Shown: in pieces, positions 9,658-16,478 of the stretch
How positions within the stretch are numbered: the stretch's first letter is position 1
Layout: each line of letters opens with the position of its first letter
Sequence record: SRR2962707_1122
DNA length: 20,000 nt
Reading direction: 5' to 3' (one strand)
The notes under the pieces: model-generated
Database searches by the model: none
Told to the model about the DNA's origin: nothing
Seen by the model: only the letters and a program-made list of their open reading frames with translations
Translations under genes and position numbers: made by a program

Positions 9658-9680
9658 CCAAGAATGAATGAGGACGTGAC

Positions 9681-11312
9681 ATGATCAACAATCCGATACT
9701 TCCGGGGTTTAATCCTGATCCGTCCATTTGCCGGGTCGACGAGACCTATTTCATCGCGACCTCGACGTTTGAATGGTATCCGGGGGTGCAAATTCACAAG
9801 TCGGATGATCTTGTGAATTGGGAAATGGCCTGCCGACCTTTGAATCGCGCGGCTCAGCTCGATATGCGCGGAAATCCGGACAGTTGTGGTATCTGGGCGC
9901 CTTGTATCAGCTATGCGGACGGCTTGTTCTGGCTGGTCTATACCGATGTCAAACGATTGGATGGCAACTTTAAAGACGCCCACAACTACATTGTCACGGC
10001 GCCTGCCATTGACGGGCCGTGGAGCGATCCAATTTATGTCAATTCCTCGGGGTTCGACCCTTCGCTGTTTCACGACGAAGACGGGCGAAAGTGGTTTTTG
10101 AACATGCAATGGAACCACAGGACCCATTCCATCGGAGGCAGTCCGAAACACCCTGCTTTTGACGGTATCCTGTGCCAGGAATGGGATCCGGAAAAGGGAT
10201 TGATTGGTGACGCTTCGAACATCTTTCCCGGTAGCCCACATGGCCTGACTGAGGCCCCGCATTTGTTGCACCGCAACGGTTGGTACTATCTAACCGTGGC
10301 TGAAGGTGGCACTGGGTACGACCATGCTGTGACGATGGCACGGTCTCGTGACATCTTGGGCCCGTATGAGATGCATCCGGACACACATGTGTTGACCGCC
10401 AAGGACGCACCAGAGTCGCCACTTCAACGAGTGGGGCATGGCCAGATTGTCGAAACACCCGACGGGCAATTCTATCATACCTATCTATGCACGCGGCCAT
10501 TGCCCGGGCGCTTTTCTCCAATGGGACGGGAAACCGGCATTGCCAAGTGTGAATGGCGTGAAGATGGCTGGCTGTATGCGGTTGGCGGACAGGTGCCGGA
10601 TGTTATGGTTGAGCCACCGCAACCAACTATTAGTCACCCCAAACCCGCGGTTCATCATCGCTTTGATGGGGATACGCTTCCAGATGATTTTCAATGGCTG
10701 CGTACGCCCTTTCCAGATCGGATTTTCTCTCTGACCGGGCAGGCGCTGAGGTTATTCGGTCGAGAAAGCATCGGCAGTTGGTTCGAGCAGGCCCTCGTCG
10801 CACGACGACAAGAACACCTGGCCTATCGGGCGGAAACAACATTGGATTTTGCACCGCGAACCTATCAGCAAATGGCTGGGTTAACGACCTATTACAACCG
10901 CCATAAATTCCATTTTGCGGGGGTGACGCTGCACGAACGCGCGGGTTTGTGTTTATCAGTCCTAAGCTGTGCAGGGGATTGGCCTGACGGTCGCTTACAG
11001 TTCAGAGGAAACCCAGTTCCGCTCAAGAAAGGTCCCGTGTCACTTGCTGTCGAAGTTGACCACGCCACACAACAGTTTTTCTGGCGGCAGGAAGATGAGT
11101 GGCAGCCGTTGGGGCCAGCGCTGGACGCGCGTATCATATCGGACGAAGGCGGACGCGGAGAACATGCGTCCTTTACCGGTGCTTTTGTCGGAATGATGGC
11201 ATTTGACATCACTGGACAGGGGCGGTCGGCAGATTTTGAAAGCTTTGCTTATCTGCCAGCGGAAATATCAACTAACGGTGTGAAACGCACCGACATCGAA
11301 GGAGTGTTGTGA
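9681..11312 (+). CDS. Glycoside hydrolase family 43, XynB-like beta-xylosidase/alpha-L-arabinofuranosidase, cytoplasmic
   Basis: NPILPGFNPDPSI (general base Asp), WAP, GFDPSLFHD (pKa modulator), TEAPH (general acid Glu), and a C-terminal beta-sandwich (FTGAFVG...ADFESFAY). No signal peptide. Confidence 0.93.
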   Translation: MINNPILPGFNPDPSICRVDETYFIATSTFEWYPGVQIHKSDDLVNWEMACRPLNRAAQLDMRGNPDSCGIWAPCISYADGLFWLVYTDVKRLDGNFKDAHNYIVTAPAIDGPWSDPIYVNSSGFDPSLFHDEDGRKWFLNMQWNHRTHSIGGSPKHPAFDGILCQEWDPEKGLIGDASNIFPGSPHGLTEAPHLLHRNGWYYLTVAEGGTGYDHAVTMARSRDILGPYEMHPDTHVLTAKDAPESPLQRVGHGQIVETPDGQFYHTYLCTRPLPGRFSPMGRETGIAKCEWREDGWLYAVGGQVPDVMVEPPQPTISHPKPAVHHRFDGDTLPDDFQWLRTPFPDRIFSLTGQALRLFGRESIGSWFEQALVARRQEHLAYRAETTLDFAPRTYQQMAGLTTYYNRHKFHFAGVTLHERAGLCLSVLSCAGDWPDGRLQFRGNPVPLKKGPVSLAVEVDHATQQFFWRQEDEWQPLGPALDARIISDEGGRGEHASFTGAFVGMMAFDITGQGRSADFESFAYLPAEISTNGVKRTDIEGVL

Positions 11313-11313
11313 C

Positions 11314-12375
11314 ATGGCATCGCTAATCAAAGGCCCAGCTCTATTTTTGGCTCAGTTCGCAGGGGATGATGCGCCGTATAACAGCCTCGAGAGCATCACG
11401 AAATGGGCTGCCGGCCTTGGGTATAAGGGGGTTCAAATCCCGTCTTTTGATGGTCGCCTTTTTGATCTGGATAAGGCCGCTGAAAGCGACACCTATTGTG
11501 ACGAGGTCAAAGGCATCTGTGCGGATGCGGGTGTCGAAATCACGGAATTATCGACCCATTTACAAGGGCAATTGGTTGCGGCGCATCCGGCCTATGATCT
11601 GTCCTTTGATGCATTTGCCCCGGCGCATCTTCATGGAAAACCGTCTGAACGGGCAGAATGGGCTGTGGACCAGGTTAAGAAGGCCGCGGTTGTTAGCCGG
11701 AAACTCGGGCTGACCACGTCGGTTGGTTTCACGGGATCGTTGGCGTTTCCATACCTGTACCCTTGGCCACAGCGCCCCGCAGGCCTGATTGAAGAAGCCT
11801 TTGCAGAACTTGCCCGTCGCTGGAAACCGATTTTGGATGTCTATGACGAAAACGGGGTCGATCTGGGGTATGAAATCCATCCCGGTGAAGATGTCTTTGA
11901 TGGCGCGAGTTGGGAAATGTTCCTAGATGCCGTCGACGAGCACCCCCGTGCCATGATCAACTATGATCCCAGCCACTTTTTGTTGCAGCAGATGGACTAT
12001 GTTCAGTTCATTGATTTCTATCATGACCGGATTTGCGCGTTCCACGTAAAGGACGCAGAATTCAACCCTGATGGGCGACAAGGTGTCTATTCGGGGTATC
12101 AAAGCTGGGAAAACCGCGCGGGGCGGTTCCGTAGCTTGGGTGATGGCCAAGTGGATTTTGGCGCGATCTTCTCGCAGTTGGCCAAGTATGGATACGACAG
12201 CTGGGCGGTTTTGGAGTGGGAGTGCTGTCTTAAGTCGCCCGAGCAAGGGGCCGCCGAAGGCGCGCCGTTCATCGCAAACCATATCATTGATGTAACAGAC
12301 AAAGCATTTGACGATTTTGCCGGCGGCAAAACAGATAAGGCGCAGCTGCGCAAGATGCTGGGATTGGACGTATGA
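11314..12375 (+). CDS. Xylose-isomerase-like TIM-barrel protein (AP endonuclease 2/IolE-like), candidate keto-sugar hydratase or isomerase
   Basis: Metal ligand pattern GYEIHPGE, NYDPSH, FHVKD, VLEWE, and FRSLGDGQVDF. RBS GAAGGAG upstream. Confidence 0.87.
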   Translation: MASLIKGPALFLAQFAGDDAPYNSLESITKWAAGLGYKGVQIPSFDGRLFDLDKAAESDTYCDEVKGICADAGVEITELSTHLQGQLVAAHPAYDLSFDAFAPAHLHGKPSERAEWAVDQVKKAAVVSRKLGLTTSVGFTGSLAFPYLYPWPQRPAGLIEEAFAELARRWKPILDVYDENGVDLGYEIHPGEDVFDGASWEMFLDAVDEHPRAMINYDPSHFLLQQMDYVQFIDFYHDRICAFHVKDAEFNPDGRQGVYSGYQSWENRAGRFRSLGDGQVDFGAIFSQLAKYGYDSWAVLEWECCLKSPEQGAAEGAPFIANHIIDVTDKAFDDFAGGKTDKAQLRKMLGLDV

Positions 12376-13502
12376 CTCGTTTAAAACTGGGAATGGTTGG
12401 GGGCGGTCAAGGCGCCTTTATCGGCGGTGTCCACAGGATTGCGGCCCGCATTGACGGGGATTGGGATCTTGTCGCGGGCGCGCTAAGCTCAGATGCCGAT
12501 CGTGCGGCGGCTTCGGCGGCGGAATTGGGCATCGCGGCGGATCGTTCCTATGCAGATTATAACGAAATGGCTATTGCGGAAGCGGCGCGCGCAGATGGTA
12601 TTGATGCCGTTGCAATCGTAACGCCCAATCACATGCACGCCGGACCAGCGATTGCGTTCCTGCGTGCCGGCATCCATGTGATCTGCGATAAACCTCTGGC
12701 GGCGACCATGGCGGATGCTGAGGCGATTGCGCTGGCGCAAAAAGACAGCGGCAAACTGTTTATTCTGACCCATAACTACACCGGATATCCCCTGATCCGT
12801 CAGGCCAAAGAGATGGTCGAAACGGGTATGCTCGGTGACATCCGTTTGGTTCACGTCGAGTATGTTCAAGACTGGTTGACGGAAGAGCTGGACAACAAGC
12901 AGGCAGCATGGCGGACAGATCCGAAAAAGTCTGGGGCCGGGGGATGCGTTGGAGACATTGGCACCCATGCTTTTAATCTGGCGTCGTTTGTTTCCGGCTT
13001 GAAAACCCAAGCGCTCTCTGCTGATCTGGACTCATTTGTGGAGGGGCGATTGGTGGATGACAATGTGCATGTCATGCTGCGCTTTGAAGGTGGAGCCAAA
13101 GGCATGTTGTGGGCCAGTCAGGTCGCGGTCGGCAACGAAAATGCCCTGAAGCTGAGGGTGCATGGCACAAAGGGCGGCATCGAATGGGCACAGGAAAACC
13201 CGAATGTCATGACCTTCACGCCTTTTGGCTCGCCCAAGCAAATCTTGACCCGCGGTGGCGCTGGGGCGACCGCGGCCGGAGTGCGAGTGACCCGTACACC
13301 GGGTGGACATCCTGAGGGCTATCTTGAAGGATTTGCAACCATTTACTCAGAGGCTGCGGCGCTTGTACGCCATGCCAAAGATGGGACCGTCTTGCCGGAT
13401 GGGCTTCACGTCCCGGACATTCAGGATGGCTTGGACGGTATGCGCTTTGTCGGGGCTTGTATCGCGTCCTCACAGGCAGACGCCGCCTGGACCAAGCTTT
13501 AG
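12372..13502 (+). CDS. Gfo/Idh/MocA family NAD(P)-dependent oxidoreductase
   Basis: GMVGGGQGAFIG, IVTPNHMH, ICDKPL, WRTDP, GDIGTH. ATGA overlap with the upstream gene. Confidence 0.92.
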   Translation: MTRLKLGMVGGGQGAFIGGVHRIAARIDGDWDLVAGALSSDADRAAASAAELGIAADRSYADYNEMAIAEAARADGIDAVAIVTPNHMHAGPAIAFLRAGIHVICDKPLAATMADAEAIALAQKDSGKLFILTHNYTGYPLIRQAKEMVETGMLGDIRLVHVEYVQDWLTEELDNKQAAWRTDPKKSGAGGCVGDIGTHAFNLASFVSGLKTQALSADLDSFVEGRLVDDNVHVMLRFEGGAKGMLWASQVAVGNENALKLRVHGTKGGIEWAQENPNVMTFTPFGSPKQILTRGGAGATAAGVRVTRTPGGHPEGYLEGFATIYSEAAALVRHAKDGTVLPDGLHVPDIQDGLDGMRFVGACIASSQADAAWTKL

Positions 13503-13511
13503 GAAAGACCT

Positions 13512-13549
13512 GAGGGCGGTATTCCGGTTTTATCCAGAATGCCGCCCTT
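13512..13549. terminator. Hairpin between two convergent operons, probable bidirectional terminator
   Basis: AGGGCGGTATTC (13513-13524) and GAATGCCGCCCT (13537-13548) match at 11 of 12 positions and fill most of the 53-bp gap. Confidence 0.72.
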
Positions 13550-13555
13550 GGTCGT

Positions 13556-13753
13556 TCAGGCTTTGGAATAGTGCCGCGCCGCTTCAAATATTTGTAAGAG
13601 GGTGTCAGAGTTGCCGACCTCATTTGAAAGCATCAAGACAAGACGCGCATTCAGCTTGTGGCTTTCTGCCTCTGTCAGACCGTCATGTGCTTGCATAAGG
13701 GCGCTATAGACCAAGTCGCCTTCTGCTTTGAGTTTGTTTTGACCCAGATTCAT
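13556..13753 (-). CDS. Small DUF2783-like protein, candidate monooxygenase coupling protein (MhaB-like)
   Basis: 65 aa with D.VYSALMQAHDGLTEAESHKLNARLVLMLSNEVG, typical of DUF2783. Its start overlaps the monooxygenase stop and GAGG lies upstream. Confidence 0.78.
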   Translation of the reverse strand: MNLGQNKLKAEGDLVYSALMQAHDGLTEAESHKLNARLVLMLSNEVGNSDTLLQIFEAARHYSKA

Positions 13754-15360
13754 AACGCGGCTTCCTCTAATTGAGCTTTACCCAAGGCGACATCAACAGC
13801 GGCACGAATGTCTTGCTCTGAGGGGTTGGTGTAGCTTGCCAACACATGCCCGTCAGGCCGGATCAGATACGCCACAGATTGGCCATATCGTTCAAAAGCC
13901 GCATCTGTTCTTGGCGTGTAATTGGGGTAGTCGACGTTCGATTGTCCGATCCCAACCCGGCGCACGCCGACGACGTCTGGCAAGCGCACTTCGCCAAATC
14001 CAACAAGTGTAAAATCGCCTTGGATCTTGTCCAGCAGCCATCCGTTTTCCACTGGGGCATCTATCGCCACATGGCCCGGCGTCACCTTACCCACAGAGGG
14101 CATATCGCCCAGAGTGGCGTCTAGCGAGCAAGGCAATGACAACCGCCCTGAGTTCACCAAGGCCTGTGCAAAGGGCATATCATGCGAAAGCTGCAAAACC
14201 TCATTGCGGAACATCATTTCTATCGGCGATTTCGGCGTCATGAAGTTGGTCGACCGGGCCGAATTCAGAATATTCTCGTCCGAGCCGTGTGTCCGGTCGC
14301 TGTTGTAGCCTTCCAGCAAACTGTCATCGGCTGACCCTGTCAGGATCGCTTGAAGGCGCCAGCCTAAGGCATCCATGTCCTGAATGCCGCCGTTCCCGCC
14401 TCGAGCACCAAAGGGGCTCACCACATGGGCGCTGTCACCGACAAAAATCACATGTCCATGAACAAAACGGTCAAGGCGCGCGCAACGGAATTTGTACACA
14501 CTCATCCAATCCAGGCGGAACGGTGTGTCGCCCATGATGGCTTTGAGACGCGGCAGGACTTTTTCCTCCGTCGCCTCTTCTTTTGGATCGGTGTCGGGCC
14601 CAAGTTGAAGATCGATCCGGTAGATGTTGTCTGGTTGCTTGTGGAGCAAGGCAGATTGTCCCGAATGGAAGGGAGGCTCGAACCAGAACCAACGCTCGGG
14701 CGTCTCTGTTTCAAACGGGCTTTGCGCCATTTCGACGTCAACGATCAGAAAATGCTCTTCAAATGTTTGCCCCTGAAACCTGAGCCCCATTCTTTCCCGG
14801 GTCGGCGATTTCGCACCATCACATGCGATGAGATATCGCGCCTCCAACGTGTAATCCCCGTCCGGCGTTTCAATTGTCAGGGCGACATGGGTGCCCTTGT
14901 CGTCATGGTCCACCAGTTTGTTCTTGAATCTGAGATCGATCAAATCGCCGAATTCCTGCGCCCGTTCCACAAGGTATTGCTCAACATAATATTGTTGTAG
15001 GTTGATGAAGGCTGGATATTTGTGACCATCTTCCGGCAACAGATCAAAACTATAGACCTCGTCTTCGCCGTGGAATGTGCGACCGACTTTCCAGGTCACC
15101 CCTTTTTCCAACATCCGCTCCCCAACGCCGATACCGTCAAAAATTTCGAGCGTACGTTTGGACCAGCAAATGGCGCGGCTGCCGACCGAGACCACATTGT
15201 TGTCATCCAGAACAACAGACGGAAGGCCGCGTTGGGCCAGGTCAATCGCCATGGCCAGACCTATGGGGCCGGCGCCCACAATGACCACTTGATGACGCGG
15301 TTCTTGTTTTTTCAAACCGATAGGCGGGGAATAGGGGAAAGGCTGGTAGTCATAGGCCAT
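13750..15360 (-). CDS. FAD-dependent aromatic monooxygenase (MhpA/MhaA-like group A flavoprotein hydroxylase)
   Basis: VVIVGAGPIG, DG motif IACDGAKS, GD motif FVGDSAHVVSPFGARGGNGGIQD, C-terminal YLIRPDGHV. Start moved to 15360 (MAYDYQ) behind GGAGAAG. Confidence 0.9.
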   Translation of the reverse strand: MAYDYQPFPYSPPIGLKKQEPRHQVVIVGAGPIGLAMAIDLAQRGLPSVVLDDNNVVSVGSRAICWSKRTLEIFDGIGVGERMLEKGVTWKVGRTFHGEDEVYSFDLLPEDGHKYPAFINLQQYYVEQYLVERAQEFGDLIDLRFKNKLVDHDDKGTHVALTIETPDGDYTLEARYLIACDGAKSPTRERMGLRFQGQTFEEHFLIVDVEMAQSPFETETPERWFWFEPPFHSGQSALLHKQPDNIYRIDLQLGPDTDPKEEATEEKVLPRLKAIMGDTPFRLDWMSVYKFRCARLDRFVHGHVIFVGDSAHVVSPFGARGGNGGIQDMDALGWRLQAILTGSADDSLLEGYNSDRTHGSDENILNSARSTNFMTPKSPIEMMFRNEVLQLSHDMPFAQALVNSGRLSLPCSLDATLGDMPSVGKVTPGHVAIDAPVENGWLLDKIQGDFTLVGFGEVRLPDVVGVRRVGIGQSNVDYPNYTPRTDAAFERYGQSVAYLIRPDGHVLASYTNPSEQDIRAAVDVALGKAQLEEAAL

Positions 15361-15417
15361 CAGTTTCTTCTCCGATTTAGGTAAGCCCCTGGGCATGCCC
15401 AATGTGTGGGCAGTTGC

Positions 15418-15443
15418 TTTGGGCCGGCGCAGGCCGACCCAAA
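15418..15443 (-). other. Intercistronic stem-loop after the MBL-fold gene
   Basis: Minus strand TTTGGGTCGGC-ctgc-GCCGGCCCAAA, 11 bp with one U-G, 3 nt after the stop codon. Confidence 0.65.
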
Positions 15444-15446
15444 AAA

Positions 15447-16397
15447 TCAGCTTTGCAAGTCTGACCACATATCGAGATCTCGCTGAGCGGTCCAAATGCG
15501 CGGTGTGTCAATCCCGCGCGCTTCGTCGTAGGCGCGCGCGACGTTAAAGGGCAGGCAATGCTCGTAAATCGCGTAATCCGAAAATTTTGGATCACAGGCT
15601 TCGCGAACCGCATCCCATGCTTCTTTCAACGTGCCATTTCGGGCGGCGACCCGTGCCGCAGGTCGATAGGTGCTGGAGACGAAATCCCGTGTGGCTTCGA
15701 TCGCGGCGTTGACCATGTCCTGACCAATCAAGGCATCCCCACGTCCGGGGGCGATCGCATCAACTTCAAATGCTTTGATCGCATCCAGCGTGTTCCCCCA
15801 ATCATTAAAATGGCCGTCGCCACAGTAACAGGCCGAGTGGTATTCCACGATGTCACCCGTGAACATCACGTTTTGGTCAGGCACATGGATGACGATGTCG
15901 CCGGCCGTGTGGGCTCGGCCCAAATGCATCAGGTCCACGCGCCGATTGCCCAGAAAGACCGTCATTTTGTCGTTAAACGTCGTGGTCGGGAAGGTCAGGC
16001 CGGGAATGCTTTCATGGCCTTGAAAGAGGCGTGGGAAGCGCTGAAACTCACTGTCCCAATCTTCCTGACCGCGTTCCACAACCATCGCTCGGGCCATATC
16101 TGACATCAGGATTTGCTGCGCCCCAAAGGCAGACGCCCCCAGAACACGCACAGCGTGATAATGGGTGAGCGCCACATGCGTAATGGGTTTGTCCGTCACA
16201 CTGCGCACGCAGTCGATGACTTTTTGCGCCAAACGCGGTGTAGCTTGGGCTTCGACGATCATGACGCTGTCATCCCCAATGATCACACCCGAGTTCGGAT
16301 CACCTTCTGCTGTAAAGGCATAGAGTCCTTCACCCACTTCGGTGAAACTGATTTCCTTGTCTGCCATATCCCCTTGGGATGCGAATGCCTTGGCCAT
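15447..16397 (-). CDS. Metallo-beta-lactamase-fold protein with degenerate metal site
   Basis: PNSGVIIGDDSVMIVEAQ, LTHYHAVR, GRAHTAGD, FTGDIVE and IAPGRG align to the five MBL motifs. RBS AAGGA. Confidence 0.88.
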   Translation of the reverse strand: MAKAFASQGDMADKEISFTEVGEGLYAFTAEGDPNSGVIIGDDSVMIVEAQATPRLAQKVIDCVRSVTDKPITHVALTHYHAVRVLGASAFGAQQILMSDMARAMVVERGQEDWDSEFQRFPRLFQGHESIPGLTFPTTTFNDKMTVFLGNRRVDLMHLGRAHTAGDIVIHVPDQNVMFTGDIVEYHSACYCGDGHFNDWGNTLDAIKAFEVDAIAPGRGDALIGQDMVNAAIEATRDFVSSTYRPAARVAARNGTLKEAWDAVREACDPKFSDYAIYEHCLPFNVARAYDEARGIDTPRIWTAQRDLDMWSDLQS

Positions 16398-16442
16398 TTT
16401 TTGATCCTTATTATGTATGCTCCGGCGTGGCGGGTGAAGGAC

Positions 16443-16476
16443 GCCTCCGGCGGAAGTATTTTGGGAAAGATGAAGG
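16443..16476 (-). repeat. Possible Rhodobacteraceae REP-like intergenic element (single copy in this window)
   Basis: Minus strand CCTTCATCTTTCCCAAAATACTTCCGCCGGAGGC just after the fahA stop. It resembles a short intergenic motif recalled from roseobacter genomes. Repetition cannot be shown here. Confidence 0.4.
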
Positions 16477-16478
16477 CG

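Noticed and set aside
9480-10271. 263-aa minus-strand ORF
   Set aside because: Antisense shadow of GH43 and the Gfo gene, with no recognisable motifs.
7727-13502. Reading the enzyme genes as a myo-inositol (iolG/iolE) cluster
   Set aside because: No iolB, iolC or iolD is present, the transporter is an oligosaccharide CUT1 type, and a glycosidase is embedded in the operon.
15361-15495. 45-aa N-terminal extension of the monooxygenase in the ORF track
   Set aside because: It overlaps the MBL gene and the spacer hairpins. A good RBS precedes the ATG at 15360.
15447-16397. Antibiotic-resistance metallo-beta-lactamase
   Set aside because: No signal peptide, the essential Asp of HxHxD is missing, and the context is aromatic catabolism.
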